From NCBI RefSeq assembly GCF_018350175.1, contig NC_058368.1, positions 162,566,001 to 162,630,000 of the forward strand: DNA of 64,000 nucleotides, read 5' to 3'. Below, in pieces: positions 50,158 to 64,000 of this stretch. Each line of letters begins with the position of its first letter. The first letter of the stretch is position 1. A model generated the notes under the pieces. The model was not told the DNA's origin, ran no database searches, and saw nothing but the letters and a program-made list of their open reading frames with translations. Source of the DNA: Felis catus. Its lineage: Eukaryota. A program made the translations under genes and the position numbers.

Positions 50158-51350
50158 CTAGCTTTCTTGAGATAAAATTGACACATAACACTGTGTAATT
50201 TTATAATGTACCATATGATTGGGGTGCTTGGGTGGCTAAGTTGGTTGAGTATCTGACTTCAACCCAGGTTGTGATCTCACAGTTCATGGGTATGATCCCC
50301 ACAAAGGGCTTTGACCTTAAAGCATGGAACCTGCTTCAGATTTTCTGTCTCCCTTCCTCTATGCCTCTCCCCTGCTTGCATTCTCAAAAATAAACATTAA
50401 AAAAACTTCTATAATGTGCCATATGATGATTTGACACATGTATATATTATAAAATACTTACCAATATAAAGTTAGTTGACAAATCTATCACTTCTCATAA
50501 CTACAATTTTGTGTGGTGATAACATTTAAGATTTTCTCTCTTGCAAGTATATAATACAGTATTAACTATATTCACATTGCTATATATTATATCCCCAGAA
50601 TTTACTCATAACTGCAAGTTTGTATTCTTTGACCAACATCTCCCCATTTCCCCCACCCACCAGGCCCCTGGCAACCAGTATTCTAGTTTCTGAGTTCAGT
50701 TTTTAGATTCCACATAGAAGATCACACAGTATATGTCTTTCTCTGATTTATTTCATTTAGCATGATAACCTCAAGGTCCATCCATGTTTCTGTACTATCA
50801 AAAATGGCAGAATTTCCTTTCCTTTTTTTTCTTTTTTTTTCTTTTGAAAGTGAGAGAGAGAAAGTGCAGCGGAAGGGCCAACGGAGAGAGAATCCCAAGC
50901 ATGGGGAAACACTCAGCGTGGGGTAAACGTGGGGCTCAATCCTATGACCCTGGGATTATGACCTGAACCAAAATCAAAAGTCAAATGCTTAACCAACTGA
51001 ACCACCCCGATGCCCCCAGAATTTTCTTGTATTTTTTTATGGATGAATAGTATTTTATTGTGCATATACCTCATTTTCTTTAGCCATATATCTGTCAATG
51101 GGTACTTATTCCATTGTTTCCAGGCCTTGGCTAAGATGAAAAATGCTGCAATGTGCACAGAGTGCAGATAAGTCTCAGAGGTTGTTATTTCACTCTGCAA
51201 ATAATACCCAGAAGTGAGATTAGTGGATTCTATGACAGTTCTGTGTTTTCATTTTTTGGGAAACCTCCTTACCATTTTCCAAGGGGCTGTACCAATTTAT
51301 ATTCCCATCAACAGCATACACAGGTTCCCTTTTCTCTACGTCTTTGCCAA
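50158..51350 (-). mobile_element. L1MA9-like 3' fragment with two SINE insertions (50221-50405 +; 50823-51016 -)
   Basis: ctttcttgagataaaattgac..tttgaccaacatctcccca..ttttagattccacata..ctgtaccaatttatattcccatcaacag; SINE TSDs tataatgt(a/g)ccatatgat and cagaattt(c/t)ctt. Confidence 0.88.
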
Positions 51351-53171
51351 AAGTTACAAGTTAAAGTTAAAAGATTCAAGTGAAGAAACCACAAGAAAAC
51401 ATTTGAGAAGTCAAATACTTCCCAACAGCTTTCAGAGTCTTTCCTCCATTTCAGACGAAGCACTTCATTTTCAGAACATGAGCCACCAAGATCTGAGTGA
51501 GGTACATCTATCTCAATAAAAGTGTCACCCAGAGAAGAGTCTTTTATAGTCTTCTCATCAGGTAGGCAAAGCGAGAGTGCGTGACCAGTTTCAATAACAT
51601 AAATACAAATACAATCCATCAATCTTCTCTTTTCTATACAAATGTTGACAAACTGCTGTTTGGTGTATAGATTGCTCCCTGGTATATTCTTTACCCTAAC
51701 CCAGAAATATCTCAATCACTAGTTATAACATTCTTTCAGGTTTGGTCTAGTGTTGGTCCCATGTTTTCACTCCAGCCTTTAGGGATAAGCAGAGTTGTAA
51801 AAGATCAGATTCAAATTAGATTAGCCTTGTATTTACACAATGTGTATGTGGACAAAGGTTGAGAGATTGGGTAGGCTGAGGGGCAAGGGGGGAGTTAAAG
51901 AGAGAGACAGATAAACAGAGAGATGCCATGATGGAGTCCTATAGTCATCTGAAAGAATCAGCTCCAGAAGAATGTCACCGATATATTTCCTTTTAAGCAT
52001 AGTTTAGAAACAAAAAATAGATGCTTGTCTTTTCTCTGACCTGACATGGAAGATGGACAACTGACCCTTTAATTAAAGAAAAATCTATTTTACCCAAGGT
52101 AAATTTTTTAGGCTAATTTTACATTAAAAGCAATAAATGGCCAATATAGCTATGCTAGTAAGCTGCCATGAGACAAATGGTGACTTCTAAATTTAGTGCA
52201 GCAATAATAGGTTCAGCCACAAAACGGCTTCTCAACTAGTCTCTGAAGCTTATAAATGCTTTCCATTTGTATTTCCTTATGCTTGTGCAATTTTCCAACT
52301 GGGAAACAAAGTGCAAGTCACTAGCCCCTTGTGCTTCCCTTTCTTTATCTTCATACAAGGGGATAAAAATAGTATCTTTCTCACTACGTTTTATGGAAAT
52401 TTTATTACTTCATAAAACATTTAAAACATTGCACCCAATACAAAATATGTGCTTAAGAGTATTATATAAAATTGTTACTGTTTGTAGTAGTATGCTATGC
52501 AATTCCATGGAAAGTTCTACATTTAATTATTTCCTAATAATGCTTTAACGGTCAAGAGTTGTTCTTTATGTTTTTGTTCAGTTTTGTGTCCCGTTTCTTC
52601 ACAATTCTCTGTCAGTGTTGCATGGGCTTGAATGTTCATTTAATTAGCATATGTTTTAGCATTAATTGTCATAGGTATGTTCTTTTTTATAGCCTCCAGG
52701 GTCTCTTTAAGTTTTTAAAACACGGATCAGTCTAATTTTTTCCTGAGGTATAAGTTTTAATAGATGTGCATCCCACAGCTCCCGAAAAAAATTTCATGAC
52801 TTTAAAATTTTTTAAATAAGTTACAAATTCCATTATTGTAACACAATCATTTCCAAAATGGGCATAGCAAAAACCCTTGTATTGTACATATTCTTTGCAT
52901 GCACCGACCAATGTTTTCAGTATTGCCCAATGTATTTTTAACTCACAAGATACTTATACCAGTTCAGATACTTACAGTAAGCCCTGAATATATGAAAACC
53001 CCAAAATAAATAATGAGTCTGCCTTTAGTATCTTATCCTAGAGAGGAATCAAAATATTGACGAGACAAGAAATCAATATTCATGGTTTTCAAATAAGATA
53101 AAGTAAAAAATATTCCCTATCGGAAATCACAAAAAGAACCTCCAAGATGACCTACACATGAAGAAATTTTA

Positions 53172-53346
53172 GAGGTGCCTGGGTGGCTTAGTTGGTTAAG
53201 CATCTTACTTCAGCTCAGGTCATGATCTCACGGTTCATGGGTTTGAGCCCTGTGTCGGGCTCTGTGCTGACAGCTTAGAGCCTGGAGCCTGCTTCAGATT
53301 CTGTGTCTCCCTCTCTCTCTCCCCTTCCCCTGCTCATGCTCACTTG

Positions 53347-53377
<31 letters not shown>

Positions 53378-53413
53378 GCAAAAAGAAATAAACATTTAAA
53401 AATTTTTAAAAAA
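53172..53413 (+). mobile_element. Can-SINE
   Basis: TSD aagaaatttta. Confidence 0.94.
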
Positions 53414-54085
53414 AGAAATTTTAAGACAGAAGGTACAGTCTGAGATCCAAGATTTTAGTATAGCCTGTATTTTCCTGTTAAAACCATTTATAAAAATGAC
53501 TCCATGTCTTGAAATAGTTACAACACCTTCAACTCCAGTCAATAAGCAAACTTACCTGCACCATTAGATTCACTTATTGCACTTTAAATTCCTGGGACAA
53601 AAGTTTTATAAATTCTCAGATTTTGGGCTCTACATCCTGTTATGCTTATTTCCAGCTGTGCCACACTGGTGCCTGCTTTTCACAGTACGATGCCATGCAC
53701 AGCAGGAGAACTAGGCAAAAGGGGTTTTAATAATCAGTAATGGTTCCAATTCAAGGATGTTAGGTTCTGCAATCTCTAGAAACAATCATTTTTTCTGCTG
53801 GGATTTCTGTATATTCTTAGGTTTTTAAAACCTTTGTTAGAGGACAACTGAGCTTTTAATGACTACCAGTTGATCAGACAGTTCCAAGTATTTAAAAGGG
53901 AGGCTTGAGCCCCTAAATACTCTATTTGCAGCACTGAGTGTGTATTACATGGGAATATGAGAGATGACAGGCATTCACATACCATTAATACCAGGTTATA
54001 TTAGACATACAAATACAAACCCTTTTTTATTCTTCACACATATGAAAGAATCTATGCAGAAAGATAGAAAAAAAAGCTACTTCGT

Positions 54086-54543
54086 GGGGCACCTGGGTGG
54101 CTCAGTCAGTTGTGTCTGATTTCGGCTCAGGTCATGATCTCATAGTTCATGGGTTTGAGTCCCATGTCAGGCTCTGTGCTGACAGTTCAGAGCCTGGAGC
54201 CTGCTTCAGATTCTGTGTCTCCCTCTCTCTCTGCTCCTCTCCTGCTCATACCCTGTCTCTCTCTCTCTCTCAAAAAAAAAACAAAAAAAACAAATTAACA
54301 TTAAAAAATTTTAGGGGCGCCTGGGTGGCGCAGTCGGTTAAGCGTCCGGCTTCAGCCAGGTCACGATCTCGCGGTCCGTGGGTTCGAGCCCCGCGTCGGG
54401 CTCTGGGCTGATGGCTCAGAGCCTGGAGCCTGTTTCCGATTCTGTGTCTCCCTCTCTCTCTGCCCCTCCCCCGTTCATGCTCTGTCTCTCTCTGTCCCAA
54501 AAATAAACGTTGAAAAAAAAAATTAAAAAAAAAAAAAAAAAAA
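54086..54543 (+). mobile_element. Head-to-tail SINE pair: older SINE (54086-54313) with a young SINEC_Fc (54314-54543) inserted in its A-tail
   Basis: TSD aaaaaatttta flanks the young copy. Confidence 0.93.
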
Positions 54544-57009
54544 ATTTTAATAAAAGATAATAAAAAAATTTTTAAAAGAGAAACACTAGTTTTCCTCTCT
54601 CTGGAAAATATGTTAGAAAATCAAAAATTTTAATGTAATGCATTTTATGCTACAGATAACAAAAATAATATATCTAACATTTCAGAAATTACACAATGTA
54701 AACTACTGTTACTAAGAAACCTACCACTGTTTGCTTTTCAAAATATATTGCTGAAAACAATGAAGAAGAAAATCAATGTACCTATGTACTTATAGATGTC
54801 TGTATATATATGCCTATATATATATATGTATATATAATAATACATATGTAACTGTGTTAAAGAAATTTCATCAACACTTATAATACTTTAAAAAAAGAGA
54901 TCATTTTTCTATGCTAAATTCTGCAATAACAATGTGAAAAGCTGAACTAACGTTTTAAAAACTTTAGCTGCCGGGTAGGGAATAAAAAAAAACCAGAATC
55001 CAAATACTAAAACTGCATGTAAAATTTCATTTCTTTAGAGGAGTAACAGGAAGACCTCCTAAGTTTTATTTAAATCTGGAAGCTGGAGAGAATTCCAGTC
55101 TTACTGAATTCAACTGAAAATCTACTTGATTTCTCCCTATAATACCTTATCAAAATGGTGATCCAATATCTACTTAAGTAAGTCCAGCCAAAGAAATCTC
55201 ATCACAATTACACAATCAAAAAGCTAACAGAGACTATAAGATGTCTGGACTCCATGCATCTCTTAACTTTCGAAGGAAATGACTCTTCCTAGCAAAAGGG
55301 AAGAAGGAACATGCCTTCTGAGCCTGAATGCATTACCCCAAGCATCTTTTCAAAAGCCCAAGTATCTTTGAGAGCCTAGGGTTCATTTTAAATATTCAAA
55401 GGGATTTTGCACTCTATTCAAATGTACCCCTTTTTTTGTGATTGTATGTTTATCATCACTATCTGAGTAAACATAGTTTCTCAATTTCTAGAAATCTGTA
55501 CTGAATTGAAGAGCAACAAAGATACCAGCTTGTTTCAGTATCTTATTTTTCCTTGATGTCACGGTGTTTTCAGAAACAGGCTCACACAGTAACATGTGTA
55601 CAAAGGGCATGTGTATCTGCATGCATGAATCTTTCTATACTTATCTGCATGGATGGTCTATTTCAGAATAGACACAGTGCGGAAGGCCAGAAAACACTAT
55701 CAAAAAGGAAGTTTTAATACAGTATTTCCATGCTATTATTTGTGGAAATTTTAAATCATATTTGTGTTGAAGAGATCAAGTTGTTTTGTATCTTGTGGAA
55801 GACTGAGATGTTGTATACATTCATCCTGCCTATCTTGTATACATTTTGAGGATTTCTTTCACAAAACAGGTACATGATATTAATCTTTACTTTTTAACCA
55901 TGAATACTATGATTTTCCTGATGTCAATGACCTAAATTTCTAGAAGGATACATACACATATCCTCTTCTTACTTACATCACCCTTTGACTTTACTTTCTC
56001 TAAGGCAATCTTGTAATGAGACATCGAAATTCTTAGTCTTACATTGCAGTTGACCCTTGTGTGTGTTCAGCCTTAAAAATACATATGAAAATTGAGTCAC
56101 TTCATGGGTCATTCTTTATCGTTAAGAGAAGTACTGCCTTCTTTTGCCACATTAAAGTTTTCAATCCGTCCTATCATCATTTTTACCTATATGAAAATTT
56201 TAAAACAAGCTATTTTTTATCCAGTTTCTAAAATTCTGAACAGCCATTACCCTAACTAAGCTAGACTGTATCTGTTTAATAAACTTATAAATGCTTATCT
56301 CATTAATCCTTATAAAAATTGTGTAGTCAAACAAAATTTAAAAATTAATATACCATTTGACTACTCCTGAGAATTCAAAACAAAAAGTCATGATGACACT
56401 TTTTGAAGTTGTTGCTTAGTATCTGGTGCCAGGGGATGCATAGTGGGTGTGACTTTGCAGTGAGCCACCTATCCTGCCAGTTTGCAATTTCTCCCCAAAC
56501 AGAACTATGCTCACACATACACACAAAATTGCTTTCCAGAATTTTTTCACTAATTATTTCATCACCAAATACTTGAAAATTAGCATAGATTCATAGGTGT
56601 TATCATTAAAACATTTTTAAAAAGATAAATTAGCAGTATTCTTAATATTTAGACATTTATACAATTCTTAGGAAAATATCTGGATTAACCCTGTACTTTT
56701 AACTAATTTTCTAATTTTTTTGACTAAAAATGCTTTGTCTAACATTTCTATGCAGTCAGTAATCATTTTTTTCCTTGACTGCCTTTTTGTGACTCAAAGA
56801 TAAATTTGCCAGGCTGTAGGACTTCCAAATTTTCTCCCATTACATGAGATTTTAGTCTCAAGGCAATTCTAGAACAAGCCCTAAATAACGTTTTGAACTT
56901 TTTACTTGCTGTTTATGTGTTCTATTTATTGCAGCAGCTCTTGGCCAATATTTCTCTATTACTGGTTGCAGCAAAGTCTTTTCTTTTTCTTTTAAAATGA
57001 ACACAATTA

Positions 57010-57228
57010 GGGGCTCCTGGGTGGCTCAGTCGGTTGAGTGTCCGACTTTGGCTCAAGTCACGATCTCGCGTCCGTGAGTTCGAGCCCCGCGTCAGGCTCT
57101 GGGCTGATGGCTCAGAGCCTGGAGCCTGCTTCCGATTCTGTCTCCCTCTCTCTCTGCCCCTCCCCCGTTCATGCTCTGTCTCTCTCTGTCTCAAAAATAA
57201 ATAAATGTTAAAAAAATAATAATGAAAT
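57010..57228 (+). mobile_element. Feline Can-SINE
   Basis: TSD aaaatg(a/c)acacaatta (56994-57009 / 57229-57244). Confidence 0.95.
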
Positions 57229-57279
57229 AAAATGCACACAATTATTTTTTAAATGTAACTATAATAATCCCACTGTCCT

Positions 57280-57497
57280 GGGGCGCCTGGGTGGCGCAGT
57301 CGGTTAAGCGTCCGACTTTAGCCAGGTCATGATCTCGCGGTCCGTGAGTTCGAGCCCTGCGTCGGGCTCTGGGCTGATGGCTCAGAGCCTGGATCCTGTT
57401 TCCGATTCTGTGTCTCCCTCTCTCTCTGCTCCTCGCCCGTTCATGCTCTGTCCCTCTCTGTCCCAAAAATAAATAAACGTTGAAAAAAAAAAAAAAA
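57280..57497 (+). mobile_element. Young feline Can-SINE
   Basis: TSD aatc(c/a)ca(c/g)tgtcctg. Confidence 0.95.
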
Positions 57498-58201
57498 GAA
57501 TCACAGTGTCCTGCAATGGGGTACTCTCTGATATCAAGAATTGGACTAATTTATAGCTTCACAAAAAATAATACAATTTTTGAATTAGTATTTAAATTAC
57601 CCCTAGTGTTTTAAAATCCACATAAAAGACAGCCATTGTACTTTGTAAGTTGTTCTAAAATGCCTTCTCAATCTCCTTTACCTGCCCTTCCTCTATACTC
57701 AATTTAAGAACTGTGGTGGCAGGTTTATGATAATCTTATCTGACATCATGCATACAACATTGTTTTATGTCTTTAAGCATTTGATTATCTTTAAATGAAT
57801 ACTTAGGAAATGACATATAGGAGCTTTAAGATTACTTTCTAGCTCCACTGCCTGGTAAATACACAGTAATCTCTATATTAGAAGACAACTTGCATAGCAA
57901 TTTTACTCTGAAATATAGGATACGTTATTTGCCGTTTCAACTAAAGTCTTCTTGTTTCAAGATAAGTCTTCACCAAAGCTTTGGGGAAAAAGTTATTTAT
58001 ATACTGACCAAGCAGTATGCTTTGAATTTAACATGAATGCAGAATATAGGAGTTCACCAAAAATAAATCTCCAATTTTATTATTTCTATTTCATTTTTAA
58101 TTTAGTTTATGAAGCATAAACTACGTTTCCCTTTTTTATCTTAGTTTTTTAGCCATTTACATTCTTTTATTTGGTCTATACATTGATTTTATTATTACCA
58201 G

Positions 58202-58203
<2 letters not shown>

Positions 58204-58240
<37 letters not shown>

Positions 58241-58252
58241 TACACTCACACT
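58204..58252. repeat. (CA)n microsatellite
   Basis: Direct reading. Confidence 0.92.
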
Positions 58253-59183
58253 CAGTTCTCAGATGAATTAAAGCAAATCCTGCAGAGCTGTCAGCATCAG
58301 CCTCATGTGGGGATGACTTAACCCTGGAAAGAAGCCACTCTTGCTGTCTTCTTTATCCTTGAATTCTTAGATGAGGATAATAAGAAAATAAATCTAGTTC
58401 CCTGATAAAGATTATCTCAGGGCTGTACTTAATATAGCTGTTTCTGATAATCAAAGCAAACATCAGACTTATTCATAATTCCAAATAATGCAAAATAGCT
58501 ATCTTAAACATTTTGTGTGTTTGTGTTAGAGACCAGGTTGTTCCTCCCATGGAGAGCCTTTGTCTACCCGGAGGGAAAGGAATTGCTTCAGAATTACACT
58601 CAGGATTTTATTCCTGTAGTGATTACATCACATTCTGTAGATAGTTTCCCTCCTTAGATGCTCTCCAGTGAGAGATATGTCTCCTCCAGGGGCATTAAAA
58701 CAGCAAGTCCTCTAGACTGAAAGCTAATTTTTCAGGTCTAATTCCTCAGACAGCCATCTGTTAAATGCAGAGATTCATGATTTAATACACACTGTAGTAC
58801 TGTCCCTCAAATCACCTCTTTGGAGTAAATTAATCTCTATTGCATTACTTGAGGAAAATTGAAATTATTCCAATTCAACACTTTCTTACAGAGATGGCAA
58901 ACATTTATTTATAGTAATAGGAAATCTAACAGTAAACAAATTACAGAATTACATAGTGACATAAAAGATTCTTTCTCCATTTTTATATATGAAGAATTAG
59001 CAGAATAAAAATAATTGTGTTACACTTCAACTATACATTACTCTTCTATAGTCTTCTACCTTAAATTTGGCAAATCCTTGACTTTTATTAGTTTTAGAGT
59101 CTTCAGAGCCTTGGATAATCTATGGCACTTGCCCATGAAGATATGTCTATAGGCAACATCCAGTTGCCAAAATTTATCTCAAA

Positions 59184-59392
59184 ATTTTTTAACGTTTATT
59201 TATTTTTGAGAGACAGAAACAGAGCACGAACGGGGGAGGGGCAGGAACAGAGAGGGAGACACAGAATTTGAAGCAGGCTCCAGGCTCTGAGCTGTCAGCA
59301 CAGAGCCCAATGCAGAGCTCTAACCCATGAACCATGAGATCATGACCTGACCTGAAGTCAGCCCTTAACCAACTGAGCCAAGCAGGCGGCCC
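59184..59392 (-). mobile_element. Can-SINE
   Basis: TSD ccaaaatttat. Confidence 0.93.
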
Positions 59393-61079
59393 TCCCCAAA
59401 ATTTATTTCATATTGGTAGATGCTGGAATGAGGAAACACTGCTAGGTTCTCCTCTCTTGAGCACCATTAAAGATCATCAGTCTTAATAATGGGAATTGTG
59501 CCTGCCTCCTGTGATTCCACACTGTGTGTTTTACTAAATGCTTAGTGTGCTTTCTGGTGAAACTTTAAGTATTAAGCTACAGTTCAGAAAGCCTAAGCAA
59601 GAAAGTATGATGATCTCAGGCTGCAATGTTCAAAGGGGAAACAAATAAAGTAAAGGCACAGGGTGAATATTGTTTAGGACACATGATTTAATCTAACAAA
59701 GCTGATTTCTCTCTCTCAACATCCTGGTGGTCTGCACAAGGAAATTCAAGGGGACAAAGAAGCAAACTATGATGAAAAAGTAAGGCCAACTCACTTAAAA
59801 TGTGCATGGTACCTTCTGATATTGTCCTGAACTAACATATTGAAGCCAAGAGTTTTAGGGGCTATTGAAAGTATTGAAAAGGTATCATTGGAAGGGGCTT
59901 CCAAATATGACCTGAGTGTTACGAAAAACAGTAATGAGACTCAAGATGCTCAGAAGTTTGCAGAATAAACAATCAATTGAAGTACCTCCAAAACAGTTTT
60001 ATGAAACAAAACCAAAAGTGTAAGAGGGAAGAATGCAGACATCATCAGTATCGCAATGATTCTGGAACTCAGAGCAATATAAACAGCTGGGCTGTGAGAG
60101 AAGAAAGAGCAGTGAGTAGGTCTTCAATTACAATCTCTTCTAGGAAAAGATAGTTTGTATGTTAAACAGAATGGAATATTATTGTTGCTAAGAAAATGTA
60201 TGATACAGATAGGAGAATCCAGAGACTGATAACTCTGCATTTCACTATACCCACCAGAGTCATCACATTTTAAACCAATTGCAATGTGATTTAATATCCT
60301 AGTTGAAAATTTCATTTCCAGTGTATAATTTCATCTTCCATTAAGCAGTAAGAAATATGATCCCTCTCTGAATCACCAATTAATACCATGATGTCATCGG
60401 TTTTCCAAAATTATTAATAGAATATACACAGGAAGTTGTTGTATTGGTATAATAATGGCTTCAGGTTTATGATAGTTATTTATGAACAATTTTCACGAGA
60501 TTATTTTCTACAGTGTCACCAACAAAGAAGAAAGATACTATTTTAGGTAATTACTAAACATATTGTAAAGTACCAGAATATATAAATTGAAAACAAAATA
60601 ATAGAACAATATAATAATTCTATGTATCTAGGATGTGCTATAAGGCAAAATATGCATTTGCCATAGTGAGCTAACCATTCTTTTGGGGACACAAAAACAC
60701 ACACTCTCTTTGTACAGATCTGCTTCAATTTGGCAGTCAGATGATATTGGTTTACCCATATTGCAAAGTCATATATTCTGATCATTTTAAACTTGAATTT
60801 TCTCATCTTTTTTTTCTATGCATGTGTATATAAATTCACAAATTTCAATCAAAAATGAATATAAAGATATCTAGGATCTATCATTAATTTCCAGTGGACT
60901 ATACAACTAGCTAAATATCTTGACTAACTCCCTTAATCTTAGCAATCTATACAATGAGTTAGTTGGAAAGATAAACTGATATTTCTGCATTGGTCACATT
61001 TCAATTTGTTTTGTTTTGAGTATCATTTTCCTTCTTATATATGTTTTGTTTTATTCTGTTCTATTAACTACATTACTGT

Positions 61080-61665
61080 TACTGATAACAAATCTTTGTT
61101 TTGTTTTGCTTTCCTTTAAAGGGGGGAATCAACCCTCCTCATTCTCATCCATATGGTAGAGGACAGCACAGAGATGGTGTGTGCCATCTCTCCAACCCTC
61201 AATTCTCCCACCCCCACCAAGTACAGACTTATAGCAGGCTTGATCAATTGCTATCTTCCAGCTATCTTCCACCTATCCTCAGCTAAAGCTGTGAGGTCAG
61301 TGAAGAGATGCCACACAAATAAGTCCAATAAGAGTGAAAATTGGGGCTTTTGCTGAAGCACTTTATGTTGACATAGTTAGCTGCTAGAATATAGGCATGA
61401 GACCCAGGTGACCTTACCATACATTCATGGCAATAGCTGTCATGACCATAAAACACAACCAAGGAGGACAGAGCAGAGCAATGGAGAGAAATAGTAATAC
61501 AATTTCAAATGATGCTGTCATTTGAAAACTTGGATCCATTTGTGCCTTAAACTAATGAGATTCACTCCTTTCAACTTCCTAGTGTCATGAGCCAAAATAT
61601 TCCCCCTTGAATATGTAATTCGAATTAAGGTTTTATCACCTGTAACTGTAATAGTGCTAACTCAT
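61080..61665 (+). mobile_element. MLT1J/K-like solo LTR
   Basis: ttcctttaaaggggg..ccctcctcattctcatccatatgg..gcagagcaatggagagaa..tggatcca..tgagccaaaatattccc..tcacctgtaac. Confidence 0.65.
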
Positions 61666-62316
61666 CTACTTTTTAAAGCTTGAATAATTCTATTAATGCC
61701 ATCCCATGGATTACTTAGTCTTTTAACACACAAAAAGAAGTGATACTAGACCTAGTCCATCATTCATTTAAAACTTCATGTGGAGAAAAAGGAACTTACT
61801 TATATATTTTAATATTTTTCATTTTAAAGCAAGTTTACTTTTAAGCCTCTAGAGGCTTGCAATAATCTACCACATTGTGACCTCACCACCCCCTCAAGTC
61901 AACTGCACACACCACACACACAAATTTTAATATTATTTTTTCTAGTGTACAACACTGTGGTTGGCATTTTTAAATTCTAACGAGCTCTCTAGGTTTACCC
62001 AGTTATCCATTACTTTCTCATCATATAAGCACTCAGGCTAATTATTTTTTTATCAAGTTTTCTTTGCAAGCAGTTCTCTTATGCATGCATCACATTTTTT
62101 CCCTGTGCATCACTTTTTTCAAGGTCCAGCTCAAGTTCTACCTTCTCTAGGAATTATCTAACAAACTTTTACAGTAATCATTATTTTTATTTACACAGAA
62201 GTTGCATTCATCAGGAAAACAAAAAACTTACATAATTCAAAACTCAACCAGATGAAACATAATTTTGTAAATCTCTTTTGTTTGTACTAATTTGCGTTCT
62301 CTCTCTCTATCTCTCC

Positions 62317-62348
<32 letters not shown>

Positions 62349-63023
62349 ACTGAACCCTAGATACACTAAAAATGTGAGTATTGATGGAACAAAAGTGCAA
62401 TAAAAGAATTACACTTAAAAAATACAGAAGGTTACTGTTGAAAGATAAGATAGAAGGAAAAGAAGTTGAATAAAGAGGACCTGGATATTTGTATGGGAAA
62501 AGGTTAATGGAAATTGAAGATGTGCATTTGATGGCTTCTTTTATTCAGTGACTATTTATAGGTGATGGAAATGAGATTTTGAGAGGTAAAACAATTTTCT
62601 AAGGTCACAGTGTTGGTACCTAGCAGAAGAACTCCAAATCCATTTTTGTTGCTTAAAACCACACTATCTCTATGAGATAGAAGGCACAGCAGGAAAAGGT
62701 TGGAGATTAGGAAGCCAGAAGAAAGAGAGGATGTCCTATAATAGTACATGTTAGGAAAAGAAGAAAAGATGCAATCAGTAATTATTAAACATATGTGTCT
62801 GGTCAGCATTGAAAAGCAACTGATCTAAGATTGTCTTTCAAAATATATTTAAAAGAAATGTATCCTAATTTAGATTGCCTATTTTGTTCCTCAGTTCACT
62901 TAGATCAAAGGCATATTATAAAAACTAAGCCCATGTACTGACTAATCCAAGGCAAAGAATACCTTTATGCACATCATGCCCCCAGTCCCCTCTTAGGTAA
63001 TTATTACCTTCCGGAAGACCTAC

Positions 63024-63163
63024 CTGAGGTTAAAGCCCTAAGAAATCTACGTATTGTATACTCATCCGCCAAGGTACAGATAATTTCACCAGGAAGGGGT
63101 GGCTGCATTAAAGGAAGCTTTAACTGGCCAACAAATGATGGTATGTCCAACCCAAACACATCT
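63024..63163 (-). other. Candidate spliced exon of unknown gene or lncRNA
   Basis: Strong acceptor tttcttgttctgattttcag|, donor TCAG|gtaggt, 140 nt, single open frame DVFGLDIPSFVGQLKLPLMQPPLPGEIICTLADEYTIRRFLRALTS. Confidence 0.35.
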
Positions 63164-63599
63164 CTGAAAATCAGAACAAGAAATATAAAAGTAACGGAGA
63201 TGTAAGTAAGGAAAGGGGAAACCAAAAGTGTATAATGTAAAACTGTGTCTAAAACCATGCAATCCAAAAGTAAGTTATGTTAATGGTAAAAAAGAAATGC
63301 TCTCTTCCACTTCATCTGAACTAGCTCATCAGTCCAAGATTGCAAGCAGCCTAGTAGAAGCAGTAATGACCACAAAAGTCCCTCGTAAGACCCTGGTGAA
63401 CTCCTTTAGAGCAAGATGCCAGAATAAGGAAATCTATTATTATCACTACTATCTCTACCCTTAGATAAACAGTTATTGGTGATTTGAGTGGACTTCTGTT
63501 CCATGAAGTGCTAACTTCAAACACATATCATACAAAGAGGTAATAAGACTATTAAATGGCTACGTATTTACTGAGAAAGTAAGTCCTGGATCAAATTTT

Positions 63600-63785
63600 C
63601 TATGAATACATGACAAACCTGCTAAAAACCTGCCACTTTTCAGGATCAAGAGAAGGATGTCTCTTGTTACTTCTCCTTTTCAACATCATACTGGAACAAA
63701 CAAGGCAAGAAAAGGAAATAAAAGGTGTAGATATCAGGAAAGAAAAAAATAAAACTACCCTTGTTTGTACCTGACATAAGTGACT
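63600..63785 (+). mobile_element. Old L1 ORF2 fragment
   Basis: aaggatgtctct..ttcaacatcatactggaa..aggcaagaaaaggaaataaaagg (RT region). Confidence 0.8.
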
Positions 63786-63858
63786 TTCTTTCTTCTTTCT
63801 TTCCCTCTCTCCCTCCCTCTTTCTTTCTTTCTCTTTCTTTCTTTCTTTCTTTCTTTCT

Positions 63859-63889
<31 letters not shown>

Positions 63890-63936
63890 TTTCTTTCCCT
63901 CTCTCCCTCCCTCTTTCTCTTTCTTTCTTTCTTTCT

Positions 63937-63973
<37 letters not shown>

Positions 63974-64000
63974 TTTCTTTCCCTCTTTCTTTCTTTCTTT
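63785..64000. repeat. Complex (CTTT)n/(CCCT)n microsatellite running off the window end
   Basis: Direct reading. Confidence 0.95.

Noticed and set aside
1..64000. tRNA genes, CRISPR arrays or prokaryotic systems
   Set aside because: tRNA-like sequences are SINE heads; no spaced-repeat arrays or operon-like ORFs; the sequence is mammalian.

Overview
AT-rich mammalian genomic DNA from a cat-family carnivore, judged by about 28 tRNA-derived Can-SINEs (including near-identical young feline SINEC_Fc-type copies with intact TSDs) and feline/carnivore L1s. I found no intact protein-coding gene; most ORF-track entries are SINE/L1 read-through or chance. Repeats include a degenerate full-length ~6.6 kb carnivore L1 (26470-33114, -) nested in an older L1M, a 5'-inverted feline L1, hAT-Charlie elements (Charlie1a, MER5), MER53, MLT1 LTRs, L2/MIR and microsatellites. 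Main discovery: hand translation of the minus strand from ~16013 to ~157 gives an ordered series of decayed, partly splice-site-bounded exons. They read as a KRIT1-like N-terminal (Nudix-fold) region, then protein-kinase subdomains I-VII (to DFG), then a KRIT1/FRMD8-type FERM domain (F1, F2, F3), running off the left edge. This looks like an ancient unitary pseudogene of a KRIT1 paralog with a kinase where KRIT1 has ankyrin repeats. MER5A and L2 insertions in its exons suggest it died before the placental radiation. All protein and repeat-subfamily assignments come from recalled sequences, not database searches.
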